Below are positions 26,801 through 38,973 of a stretch of DNA of 64,000 bases, piece after piece (the stretch's first letter is position 1; each line of letters starts with the position of its first letter). The stretch lies in NCBI GenBank assembly GCA_037379345.1, contig CM074517.1:11842001-11906000 (forward strand), in the 5' to 3' direction. The notes beneath the pieces were generated by a model. The model was not told where the DNA came from. It did no database searches and saw nothing but the letters and a program-made list of their open reading frames with translations. Origin of the DNA: Perna viridis (lineage: Eukaryota). The position numbers and the translations under genes are program-made.

Positions 26801-27887
26801 CTACGATATGAAAAGATATGAAAACAAAATTTTATTGGAAACATGTATATCTATATTAGTACAAATGCTGTACACATGTATACGTTATTTACAAATTACT
26901 GCTGCACATAAGTGTACGTCATTAACTTCTATTGCATATATAAATTTTTTTAACTTCTGCTATGCACATGTACACGTTACTGTATACGCCAACTGCTCTA
27001 CACATACATACGTACATTGTATTAACTACTGATGTACACATGTGTACCTAAATTGAAAATATTATATTAAATATGTATGGGTTCAATTTATTATAGTTGT
27101 ACACATGATACATGAGTATTGTAATTACTGCTGTGCACATGTGTACATACATTATTATGCCTATTAAACTATCCGTCAATAGATTTCGGGAAGACCTTTT
27201 TTATATGTTCGAATGCCGAAAGTTTTGTTTGAAACTAATTACAAATGAAGAAAGCAGTTTCGTAAAATAAAACATAGTAGTAAATCACTAAACGTATCAA
27301 TGACCAAGTGAAACAATACAGCCTTCTCGTTCTTAGATGGTAAATTCCTATAATATTACAGTACGGGGGTGTGCCAAAATATGGGTAGGGTTTTCTGGTT
27401 AAGATATATAAATTTGACAATATCATTTATCATTAACTATATAATTTCCATAATGGTTCATAAGCCTTCTATGGAATTGTAGGTCTTGGTGCTCTCTCTT
27501 TATTATATAATTGTATAAATAATATGTAATGTAGCAAGACAATTAATTATCAATAAAGATAAGAAAAAACAAATGCAGCTTTGACTAACTCAGCAAACAT
27601 TTATTTGTATTAAATTACAAATTGCTTGATGTCCACTCCAGGTGTTTATGTAATTATGGATCAGGTAATCTTTAAATATCAGTTTGCTTTTCAATATTTG
27701 GCACACCCCTACCTAAACAATTTGGAAGTTACCCACGGGCTTCTCGTAAACATTTGAGAGCACCGGAAATTGCCGAGTAGTCCCGACTGCAGGTAAAAGA
27801 AAAGACTGGGGTGTGCACAAAAGGAATATATATATTTTTTTTATTTAAATATCTAGTATCGTTAAAAGGGACATAATTCAATCATAC

Positions 27888-28220
27888 CTGAAAGACTTCT
27901 GGCAAGCAATTTCTGTTCTTTTTCAGTTACAATCGTTGATTCGATCTCTTCTACAACCCCAAGACATTTGTCCCCCAAGCGTAATGTCTCAAGGAATTGC
28001 TTGTATGCATGCTCATCCTTTACCATTAAGAGGTCAATCAGTTTCCTGTTTTGGTCGCTCAAAGTTGCTTGGGCACTGATTTCTTCGTAGTCAGTAAAAC
28101 TAAGGACATCTTTTGCAAGTAGAAAGTCGAACATGTGTTGAAATTTCACACTGGTTATTTTCTTGTAGTTTTTCTGCAACTTTACTTTAAATTCTGGGAC
28201 CATACCGTTTGTTGTACAGT
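27888..28220 (-). CDS. CARD-CARD-STAND-ANK gene, coding exon 2 (CARD 2)
   Basis: TTTCAG acceptor and GTATGA donor. 333 nt, phase 1-1. CARD-like pattern LQKNYKKI..FDFLLAKDVLS..DYEEI..QNRKLIDLL..KDEHAYKQFLETL. Confidence 0.85.
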
Positions 28221-28483
28221 CTGAAATAAGATTACTAGATAGCATTAACACGAATTTTGAAGTACAATGTAGTTTGCGACATCAGAATAAAAACAACAAA
28301 AAGATAGAAAAATGGACATGGTGTGTATTATTTTTTTAAACCGCCTTAAATTTGCTATTGCGCATTCTCCTGTGCAGGGTCTGTTTGGAATTACGTTCCT
28401 CTGGATGGCATCATGTCCAACCAATTTCATTAGATTACTGGAATATTGCAGTCGTAAGTTTGCTACTATCAAAACTTTTACAG

Positions 28484-29130
28484 CTCTGTCATACTCAATA
28501 CCTCACCTCTTTCATACACAATATCTCAACTCTGTCATATACAATACCTCACCTCTATCTTACACAATACCTCACCTCTATGATACACAATACCTCACCA
28601 CTGTCATACACAATACCTCGCACCTGTCTTACTCAATACCAATATCTCACCTCAGTCGCACTCAATACCTTACATCTGTCATAATCAATATCTACCCTAT
28701 GTCATACTCAATATCTACCCTCTGTCATATTCAATACCTCATCTCTGTAATACTAACTCATCACTACCATCATACTCAATACATACCTTCTGTCATGTTA
28801 TACACCTTACCTCTCTCATATTCTATACCTCGCCTCTGCCTTGGGCAATACCTCACCTCTGTCATACCCAATACCTTAATTTTGTCATATACAATACCAG
28901 TACATCGTCTCTGTCCTACTAATACCAAATCCCCGCTTCTTTCATACTTAAAATCAATACCTTACCCCTGTTATGCTCAATAACTCAACTCTGTAATACT
29001 CGATACCTCTACTCTGTCATACACAATACCTCACCTCTACCATACTCAATACCTCGCATTCATTATACTCAGTACCTCACCTCTGTCATATACAATACCT
29101 CACCTCTGTCATACACAATACCTCACCTCT
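28484..29130. repeat. Intronic degenerate minisatellite, 23-bp unit
   Basis: Consensus CACCTCTGTCATACACAATACCT; it explains the spurious ORFs at 28312 and 28352. Confidence 0.9.
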
Positions 29131-29739
29131 ATAACTCTATTTATACCTTTGGAGGATTACTGAATCAGGATAGCAATTACGCTTAGAGGGTAAGATTACT
29201 CAATCTAAAGGTTTCGGCGCTGATCGCGACACACTTCCCTATACGACCACACATTCACAAGTTTGTAAGCCTACAGATACATGATACCAAGTATCAAGTC
29301 TTTCGTCTGCAGGGAAGCCTTGTTTTAACCATAAAACTACATTTAAGTGGAAATCGCGTTACCTACGCAAAACCATCTGGCACACGTTCTAATCGTCTGA
29401 GCTTTAGAAATTAACTTCCCTGCGAATCAGATAAAGCTTTTTTATAGGCTGGCTATAACTACACCTCACTAATTCCAAAACACCATTAAAAGTTGTTAAC
29501 GTGCATACATTTTCATTACTCTTCGATGATCAGGTACAAAGTTATGTAGCCGACATTCGGAAAGGGCTATTAATATAGGGTGTCTGCGGAACCATAAATA
29601 CAAGCTGAGAGTATTTCGAAAGGAAAGTTCGGAAGATAAATAAGTAGAAAGATTTAAATAGAATGCATTTAGAAGATGTTAGAATAGTTCTGACACAGTT
29701 AATCGATGGATAGTATCACTTCAGTGGAATATATCTTAC

Positions 29740-30055
29740 CAGAATCCATGAAGACAGAAGCACCATCTACCTCGTCATACGCATGAGCTTGTCTGTCAAT
29801 TTTCTCCACTAGTTTCTGGTAATGGCGGTTTTCCCGAAGCAAATCAATAAAAACTTCACAAGCCATATCTCCCCTGCTCAGAATAACTTCAAGAAACATA
29901 CGATTCTTTCGGGTAAGTGTCGGTTGTGAATCGACAAAAGCCCTGTCGTCGAGAGTTAATGCGCAGTAAGAAACCATATTGTCTAAAACGTCGCCGACAT
30001 GTAGACAGTTGATAATTGTGTCTGCCATGTCTTTTATCCTCGTCGTGTAGTCCAT
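29740..30055 (-). CDS. CARD-CARD-STAND-ANK gene, coding exon 1 (CARD 1 plus DEVDG linker)
   Basis: Exon acceptor TTTCAG at 30079, first in-exon ATG at 30055, donor GTAAGA at 29739. CARD-like VLDNMVSY..LT..D..VDSQ.T..KNRMFLEVILSRG..ACEVFIDLL. The start could instead be a split A|TG at 30078. Confidence 0.82.
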
Positions 30056-33000
30056 ACTGTCGCCCTCCGCCGTCGCCACTGAAATTAATCACATTATAAG
30101 AAAACAGACTTGCTTAAAGTCACTCCTCAACTATTTTGAAGGATATCAATTTAAACAGAAGTAGCTATTAAGTTGACTTCTTCGTTAACACCACTACTGG
30201 TCTAAAAGAGGTGCAGATTATCAATAAGTAGAACATGAAATACAAATGTAGTGAATAATTTTGAAAAAAAACTTTATTTACAGCTGATCAGCAAACAATT
30301 AATGTGTATTTAGCACAGACAGATTTCTATGTCGTATTTTAGAAGTCGTTGAAACGTTCGGCGAGTGTTTTATCACTAAAAATGATTGAACGTTCTCTTG
30401 GGGAGAAACTACTTGCTGCATATGGGGGTTGAAAGCAGATAAGATACAAAAGGAAGGACATGAAAGTTTACTTAAAATCCAGGATATTGCATGGGCATCT
30501 TTTAACTATAAAATATAAAAATGGGAGACGAAAAGCTACGATATATTAGGACAAAAACTGAAATTATAAAAAAAATCAATACACCCCCTTTAAAATTCAA
30601 ATGGTTGCTTCTAAAATCATATTTCTTCCGCTGAGAAGTGTTATCTAACGTTTTAAAGTTATGTTATAGCTGTGTCAAGTATTGAACGAGATACAATTAC
30701 GATACAGCCTGAAGATCATGCGTTCACGTAACAGTGGTGTCAATATGTAGAAGTGTATGTTTCGATCGCCTATTCACTCGTTACAGCTTATTTTTTATGC
30801 GCACAAAAAATAAACAATGGCTACGGTGTTGCGAAGTAAACAGAACTAGACATTTAGTGTTTACTACACTTGTTAACATGTGTCTGCTTTTAAATTATCC
30901 TTATAAAGGTGATCAACATTTATGTTTAAATCCGAATAAATTTATGCACTTCTTTTTCACTGAAGTGAACGATTTCTAACCTATATATTGTAATTAAACC
31001 ATATAAAAATACGCAAGCGCCCATAAAGACTCGCAGAAGCTGTTTAAACTGTGCACGTAATGAATTTGGTTAATATCATCATGGATTGGGGAACCGTAAT
31101 AAAATAATTTTACATATTATAACGGCTAGTCAAGTTTATGGGAGCTATGCAATTTTATAGTCAAAACGACTTCTCTCAAACAACTTTACAGAATTTCATT
31201 AAAATCCTTTGTACATGTAGTAAGTACACTGTATTTGTGGGGTGTTTTCATAAATTGGGAATGGAGAGGGATCCCATATACAATGTATGTTCTTTCATGC
31301 AAAGCAATCTTTAATTGTAACTACTTCATGACCATTTGTAAACTTTCATACACATGACGTCGTACTATTTACCATAACCAAATAAGAATAAAGGGCACAA
31401 CAGAGCAAAATAAAGTATAGTTATATTGAAAGCGTCTCAGAAGCCACATTTGTTAACGACTTGCGATGTCCTGCTTTTTTCTGTAACTTATCTTAAGTAA
31501 AGACAATGCTAAGTCAACAATTCGTAATACTGAAGTGCCTTAAATGGGTTATCTTATATTGAAACGGTTTTGATAAATAGACTCGAGACAAAGATATGAG
31601 TTGGGACAACCCAAAGACGCGTCTTAATCTTAAGGTACAATGTAGCATCGTTAAACAAGCTCTTGATCTTTAATAAAAGGTCTCAGGAACAGATCCAGAA
31701 ATTTTGAAAAGTGAGACAGGAAATAGGAGATGGTCCAAGCTATGAGCTCATTTTTGCCCAAATTTGCACGAATTTAATAAAATTCTCCAAAAAGGGCGGT
31801 TCCAACCCCGGAACCCTTTGATCCGCTACTTAGTCTTTTTTTTTTTTTAAATTAGACTGATATCTGGCTTCACATACCTGTGGTTACACAGTTACACTCC
31901 TGTTTTGTATCTTTTCATTTTGTCTTTTATCTAAAACCAATTATAAGAACATGGCGTCTTGTCGCTTTAACCGACAATGTTTTTTTTTTTGCTCAGAAAA
32001 ATGTGCCTTGAAATAAAAGACTAAAGAAATTAAATTAATCATGAAACACGATCTTTAATAGGATACAAAAAAAACGATAGAGTATACATGTAGATGTAGG
32101 TTTATATCCTAGAAGACATTCATAGTACATGTACGATCAAGTTGTCATAAGTAAAAACAGATTTAAACATTGAAAATGCAGTTACTCGTTGAGATATATC
32201 TCTATTGTTTTTTTTTAATTATTATTCAGTAGTAAAGGGTTTTTATCAAATGATCGATCATTTAAAACTGTATAACCCGTTCATAAATAGGAACGCATGT
32301 CTGATATTGAAAGAAATTTAATCTGAGTATTGTCCTTTTAAATGGTTATGTATTGCTTTGATATGGCAATGATGAATAGTTTGCACTAAAACATTCACAA
32401 GTTATAAAATCCAATCTTCGAAATCTGGTCCTTGTACCACGTAAAACGATCTCAACGGGCTGATCAATTTCAGTATCGCGATGGCCAAGGCGCACAATGA
32501 TATCGGTATAAAAGACTGAACTATAAAATCGTTTATTCCGCTCAGTTCTGTTACAAGGTAAAGAAACATTTAGCGATATAAAATGTCATTTCACACTATG
32601 TAAGACTTCCATGCTTTCTCTATGATCTATGCTGTATGCAAATGATACATGTATATGTTATTTATTTTTAGAATTTTAGAACTATATACATGTAGGAAAC
32701 TTGGTATTCATATTTATGTTGTGATTCACGGAAATTGTAAGGATACCGCATTTTACTTCATGTTAGATTGATGAAAATTAAGTACACTCCCAGCATCTTA
32801 GTCTATTTGTTACTGTAGTTGTTCTATCATATTTTGCTGAATAATGTTTTGTTATACATGTAACTATTAAATAACAATATTCTGTTCGATTCTACTTAAT
32901 CTTTTCAGATTCAGCTAAAAATTGCAACTTACTGGTTTTCGTGTAAATAATCCAACCAATCAAAGATTTATGAAAGAATTCTAGCCTCCATTTAAGAAAC

Positions 33001-33500
33001 CTCACGCAAGTGGTATTGTGGAATTTACACAGATTAGCCAATGTCAAAGAAATGCATGAATACACGTAGATCTTTCTATGTAAATAAACATAATGTGTGG
33101 ATATTTAAAGCCATTGAGAGATCAATATGCGTCATATAAAATACCGTTATAATGGTTTGAAGGTGTCCAGATCAGTTTAATTGATTTATTGACTAAGAGG
33201 GGAAACTTCGGTTAAGTCCCGTGTATTATCTATTAGTGACTTAATTTCACGCGACAGGAGTGGACAATTCATCAATAATCTAGGTCCATAACAAACATAG
33301 CCTGTTCGAGTTTGTCCTGTTTACGGAACGCAATAAGTTGCATTTTTTCAGATCGCCTTATAAGATTCTAGGTACATAGAAAAAACAATGCGATATACAG
33401 GTGCTTATTTATCAAATTTCTTGAAAAAATAATCGTTTAAATATTACTTTCTCCTTGCAGTTAAATATCAGTTGTTCATGAACAAATATTGTACCACAGC

Positions 33501-34510
33501 CCCAAACAGCATTCCTACGTTGGGCCAACGTTGGTTCAACGGAGTCATTTACGTTGGGCCAACGTACGGTACCCACTGTTGGCCCAACGTTGTAAGTGCA
33601 AAGAGAGCAAACGTTGGCCCAAAGGAGGCGAACATTAGTTGGGCCAACGTTGGCCCAACGTATGTCAACATTGACCCAATGTTGGCCAAAAATAAGCCCA
33701 ACGATAACCCAACCATGTGGTCCGACGATGGTATTCCTGTAGAAAGAAGAACATATTTTTATATTTTGTTTCCTAATTATGCCGCAGAGTGCTGATTCTA
33801 TGCACTCCTTCAAAATATAAGCGCTCAAATTTCACCTCAGCTTATCATATAAATCCTTTACCAATAACAAACTGGTTGTAGTTTACAAAATTAAAACAAG
33901 AAAATCTATTATAAAATTAGCAGATACTACAACCATTCGTATACTAAAATTGAAAGTTTGCATTTTTTAATAGACAAAATACCTATTACTGTTTTGTGTT
34001 TAGGAAGAATTTACATTGAAAATATATATACACTTGTTCATAATGAAAGACAACTTCTGTTTTGTACAAAGTATATTATGCTCTCAGTTACAAAACTGCG
34101 TAAGGGGGAGATAATCATGTACATTATTGTTATCATAAGTGTTTTTTTTAAGTTTTAAATATTTAAAGCGTATACTTGCATAAATATTAAACATGTAAGT
34201 AACAAAATTTGTGAAAAGAGCCAACAAAACTTTTTTTGAAAGAAGTAAAAATTATATTAATAAATATAATTATACATGTCTTGCTGTTTCAACGTTGGGC
34301 TAACGTTGACCCAACTTAGTGTCGCAGTTTAGATGCAACAAAATATTTGACTTCATACGTCCGGATTTTCTTCTTTGTTTTACTTTTCTTGAGATCTACA
34401 TACATTTTGCATCAAGAATAACATTAAGCCTGTTTTAACATGTTTGTTACCGAAATTGTTTCGACGTTAGTTCAATGTTAGTTCAATGTTGGCTCACTGT
34501 TGTCTCTGGG
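33501..34510. mobile_element. Non-autonomous DNA transposon with CCCA...TGGG termini and subterminal AACGTTGG/CCAACGTT repeats (CMC/EnSpm-like)
   Basis: Termini CCCAAACAGCA / TGTTGTCTCTGGG. Many TTGGGCCAACGTTGG motifs near both ends. No clean TSD seen. Confidence 0.6.
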
Positions 34511-34607
34511 TATATCCTAACCGACATCACGCGAGAAGTAACGAGAATGATTAATCACATTTATTTCTCGAACTGCTTTCGACGATGACAGATCGTTTTA
34601 TCTGTCC

Positions 34608-34927
34608 TACGGGGGCGCCGAATGGAACTTGATCTTTTTGTAATCTGTAATCAAACTCAATTTTTTCAGAGAAAAGTCTATTTTGTGAGACAAAATTCAA
34701 TTCTGTGTCACAAAATTCAATTTTGTGAGATAAAATCCAATTTTGTGTCACAAAAGTCAATTCTGTGTCACAAAATTTAATTGTGACTGTCACAAAAGTC
34801 AATTTTGTATGCAAATTAGTTTACAGAATCCTTTCCAAGATATGTAAATGAATTCAAAATATGCACGTGTATTACAAACTTCAATTCAATTTTACAAAAC
34901 CACAAGAGTCCCATTCGGCACCCCGTA
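34608..34927. mobile_element. MITE with internal 20-bp tandem repeats
   Basis: TIRs TACGGGGGCGCCGAATGGAAC / GTCCCATTCGGCACCCCGTA. Internal (CACAAAATTCAATTYTGTGW)n. Confidence 0.75.
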
Positions 34928-35412
34928 CTCTCTTCATAATAGAGTTTTATCGCCATTTTGTTTAATCTTGCTATACGATAATTTTCAATCTCACGCCAGT
35001 TTAGCGAGAATGAAAATTATCGCTAGTTTCTATGTCCTCGCGTGACATACAAGCAACAGCGCATGAATATTTGACGACACAAATAACCATCTGTTTGTAT
35101 ACTGCGTATGAAATAATGGCTATTTTGTGACAATATTTTCGAGTCTACAATGGAAAATGATAAAATACAGTAACGTACCCGATTTGAATGAATAAATCCC
35201 AAAATTATTTAACAAATTTTAAACGCGATCGTAATAGTTAACCGATTTTTTTTTCTTCAAAAAATATGTATCACAGCTGCACAACATACGTGACGTCACG
35301 TAGCACGTACGCTGAAAAATAGTCCCTATAAGAAATTTTGCAGTGCTTGTAAAACATACATATTTAGGTCAAGAAAACTAATACCTTACAATTCAGCAAG
35401 ACAGCGATAAAC

Positions 35413-35520
35413 AGATTATCAAATATTTTTTTTTCAACTCGCGGGAGTTTCTCATGCTCATCTTGTCTCGCGCGATAAGCATAAGAAACTCCCTCTCGTT
35501 AAAAAAAGATTAAGCAATCT
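35413..35520. repeat. Imperfect inverted repeat ending a non-autonomous element (~34511-35520)
   Basis: TTTTTTCAACTCGCGGGAGTTTCTCATGCT versus AGCATAAGAAACTCCCTCTCGTTAAAAAA. Confidence 0.65.
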
Positions 35521-35621
35521 AATATTCGCACCGCACGTGGATTTCATTTCATGAATTTTGATTCGTGTCGCTTAATATTAAGGTAAATTATTTTATTTCT
35601 TTTGTCTATTTGGTTTGAGTA

Positions 35622-35830
35622 TAACACGAGGAGGATTATTTTGCAATTTGTTTAATTGTTTAAAACCCGAAGAGGGTTGTTTCCTTTCTTAATTTTTCAA
35701 CCCGAGGAGGGTTAGTGTTTCATTAATTGTTATGCTTTAACCCGAGGAGGGTTAGTATTTCGTTAGTGTATATTTTAACCCGAGAAGGGGTAATTTTTCG
35801 GTTATATTTCATTTTGCCCTAGGAGGGTTA
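35622..35830 (+). repeat. Array of six hairpins AACCC-GAGGA-GGGTT separated by unique T-rich spacers
   Basis: Units start at ~35623, 35664, 35699, 35739, 35777 and 35815 (period 35-41 nt). Confidence 0.85.
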
Positions 35831-35869
35831 GTTTTCATATGTTTTTAAGCCTGATCAGACATTAAGGTC

Positions 35870-36064
35870 TGTGGTGTCTAATGGTCAGGTAGTCTCCTCA
35901 CAGCCTTTTCGTTTCGGTTTGCGGGGAAATAAACAACTCCCCGCGGTCAGGGCAAAGTGCCACAAATTAAAGAAAATAGATGCAAGTTTCTGAAATCATA
36001 CAATTTCGATCACAAGTGCACAAAATGTAATGGGCAGCACCCGGCATTTACCTGTAGAAACTAA
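35870..36064 (+). pseudogene. gag C-terminal remnant of the YR retrotransposon
   Basis: 36002-36064 reads NFDHKCTKCNGQHPAFTCRN*, a CCHC-type finger typical of DIRS-like gag ends. Most of gag is missing. Confidence 0.7.
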
Positions 36065-36069
36065 GGGCA

Positions 36070-37600
36070 CCTTAAGTTTTCCAGAAATTTACAAATTAGG
36101 TAATTCACCCACTTTGTTCGTCAGTGGTAGAAAAGTGTCTAGATAATTATCTTAACAGAGAAATAAAACTGGCATTGATACACGGTCTGAAATGCGGCTT
36201 TAAATTGAACTATGCCGGACCTCTGTCCCCCATGTTTTGCAAAAATTCTCCTAGTACTCTGAGAAACTCGACCACGATTAAAGATAAAATTGATAAAGAG
36301 ATAGCTCTTTGTCGCATATCTGGACCATATTTGACACCTCCTATCCCAACATTTCGGTGTTCACCTCTTGCTTTAGTGCCGAAATCAGTCCCTGGTGAAT
36401 TTTGGTTAGTTTTGAATTTGTCATACCCACTGGAAAAGTCTGCTAATAGCTTTATTGACGAAGAATTTTGTACTGTTTGGTATTCTAGTATAGATGGTGC
36501 AGTAGGCATGGTTCAGAATTTAAAAGGGGGCGCTTTGCTTTCAAAAGCCGACTTAAAATCTGCATTTCGCCTTTTACGAATATGGCTTGGTGATTTTGAC
36601 CAATCAGGGTTTACCTTTGACGGCATGTTCTACGTTGACAAATGCTTACCTATGGGCGCTTCTATTAGTTGTTCATTCTTCGAAAAATTTTCTACAGCTC
36701 TACATTGGTATACCGAATCTATCAGTAAGTGTAAAAATATTCTGCATTATTTAGATAACTTCTTTCGGTGGAGAAGCTAATACCCAGCAATACATGGAAA
36801 CTTTGACAACATTCCAGAAGGTATGTAAGGAATGGAGTGTTCCCATAGCAGAGGAAAAAACTGTTTTACCTACGGAAGTTTTGACATTTTTAGGAATCGA
36901 GTTTGATACTGATTTAATGGGGCTCAGGTTGCCTAAAGAAAAGTTATTAGAACTCGCCCAACGAGTTACAATTTTATTAGTTTGTAAAAAGGTTTGTTTG
37001 AGAGATATTCAGTCCATTATTGGTTTACTGAATTTTGCTTGTCAGGTCGTGGTTCCAGATAGAGCTTTTTGTCGGCGTTTGATTGACGCAACCTGCAACA
37101 TCAAGCAATCTTGGCACAAAGGGCCTGTCACAAAGACCATCAAAAAGATTTTAAAATGTGGCTAAATTTTTAGCTAGCTATAATGGTAAATCTGTAATTT
37201 TGGACAAATTTTGGTCATCTAGCGACTCATTGGAGCTTTATACAGATAGCGCAGGTAGTTCAGGTTTTGGCATTTATTTTTCCGGAAAGTGGGCCCATGG
37301 GAGTTGGCCTTCTTACTGGCAATCGAGGGGTTTATTGTCTGACATAACATTTTCAGAACTTTTCCCAGTTGTATTAGCGGTGCAGTTGTGGGGTTGCATT
37401 TTGTCAAAGAAAAAAGTGCTTTTCCACATCGTTAATCAAGCCGTAGTTGCTATTCTTAACAAAAAGTCATCGAAGTCAAAAAGTGTGATGACATTGATAA
37501 GGAAACTAGTCCTTGTGACTATAAAGTATAACATTTTGATTAAGGCCCAATACATACCGGGGAAATTGAAAAATATTGCTGATGCTTGTATGAAGTCGTT
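36070..37600 (+). pseudogene. Reverse transcriptase / RNase H of the YR retrotransposon (frameshifted)
   Basis: SPLALVPK, KADLKSAFRLL, LPMGASIS, HYLDNF (YxDD mutated to DN), FLGIEFD, LYTDSAG..GFG, ELFPVVLA, NIADA. Split over three ORFs. Confidence 0.9.
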
Positions 37601-37674
37601 TCAATTGGCAGCTCTTTGTGGAACTGGCTGCAATGGCAGCAAACGAGCCCACAGAAATCCCGGACCACCTGTGG

Positions 37675-38598
37675 AAAGTTTAGATACAGAGGCTGATTCG
37701 TTAATTTCTCATTCCTTGGCTGACAACACATGGAAATGTTACAACACAGCAGTTCACTCTTTAAATCGGTTTCGAACCCAGTATGACTTTCCTGACACTT
37801 GGCCTGTACCTCTTGACGTATTAATGATATTCATAGCTTTCATGTCCATACGGGGTTTATCCCCATCGACAGTGAGCACTTATGTTTCTGGGGTAGGTTT
37901 TGCGCACAAAATCTGCGTATTGGTCGATAATACTAATTGTTTTCTTATTACAAAAATGATTGAAGGTATGCTCAGAATTAGACCAGTTAAGAAAGATCCG
38001 CGGGTTCCTATTACTTTGTCCTTGTTATCAAGATTGTCACGTTCTTTAGATTCGATATGCTCTTCTTTTTTATGAGATCCGTCTGTTTATGGCTGCTTTC
38101 AGTTTGTCTTTTTCGCCTTGGTACGAATAGGGGAGTTTACTGTCGATAGCAAATCTGAATTAGGCAGTCACACGATTTGTTCAGATGACATTCATTTTCA
38201 ATCAATAGGCCCTAAAGTTGAATCAAACGTCACTCTTAAGAGTTCAAAGCCGATCAAAGACACAATTTTGTTACTCTTATTCTTACAGAGCAATCTCGAG
38301 AAATTTGTCCGATCAATCACTTGCTAAGTTATTTAAAAGTTCGGTGCCCTATAGATCATGGTCCTTTATGTGTCCATTTTGATAGTTCATATTTAACTAG
38401 GTATCAATTTACTTCAGTCTTGCAGAAATCCCTGGCTTTTCTGTGGCGTTAAGGAACATATAAAAAGTCACTCATTCAGAATAGGCGGAGCAGCATCTGA
38501 AATGGCTAGACTTGGGGTTTCTGATGTTGAGATTAAAAGATGGAGTCGTTGGTCTTCCAACGCGTATTCTGGTTATATTCCCCATAATGCATATGATT
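37675..38598 (+). pseudogene. Tyrosine recombinase (frameshifted)
   Basis: SLADNTWKCY, GLSPSTVSTYVSGV, RVPIT, FFALVRIGEF (catalytic R), HSFRIG (HxxR) at ~38469, RWSSNAYSGYI (W, Y) at ~38547. Confidence 0.88.
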
Positions 38599-38685
38599 GA
38601 AAAGCTTTAGTCGTATGTATACGATACTTGATTACAATAATAGTTAAATCGCCCAAATAAAACTCGATCAACTTGTTATGGTAAA

Positions 38686-38900
38686 AGACACGTTTGGGTG
38701 ATTGGTTCATCCATAGTGTATTGGGCGTCTCGTAGAGCCGCAGGAAGAGCCGGGGGTCCCCACCTAGGATTACAGATGGAAGGCCTAACCATACATTGGT
38801 TCGGTAAATGGGGGATGAAATGGGGCGAGTTAATTCCCTCAATAGATAGAAAGCTGCTGTCGCATTCTGTACCCGATGTTATGTTAATTCTTGCCAATAT
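38686..38900 (+). pseudogene. Truncated SGNH/GDSL-hydrolase-like ORF of the YR retrotransposon
   Basis: HVWVIGSSIVYWA...LGL...IHWFGKWGMKW...PDVMLIL resembles SGNH blocks I-III seen in Ngaro/DIRS accessory ORFs. Confidence 0.65.
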
Positions 38901-38973
38901 CCACAAATTATAATGTGAAAATATTTTGACTTTGAAATTAATTGTGTAATTTGCTCTTCATCATTGGTGATAG

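Noticed and set aside
28312-28983. 223-aa and 110-aa plus-strand ORFs
   Set aside because: They are translations of the 23-bp intronic minisatellite.
33412-33828. ORFs of 138 aa and 107 aa
   Set aside because: They derive from palindromic AACGTTGG subterminal repeats of a non-autonomous DNA transposon.
35622-35830. CRISPR array (palindromic repeat plus unique spacers)
   Set aside because: Repeats are only ~15-17 nt and degenerate, spacers are low-complexity T-rich, there are no cas genes, and the context is a eukaryotic retrotransposon.
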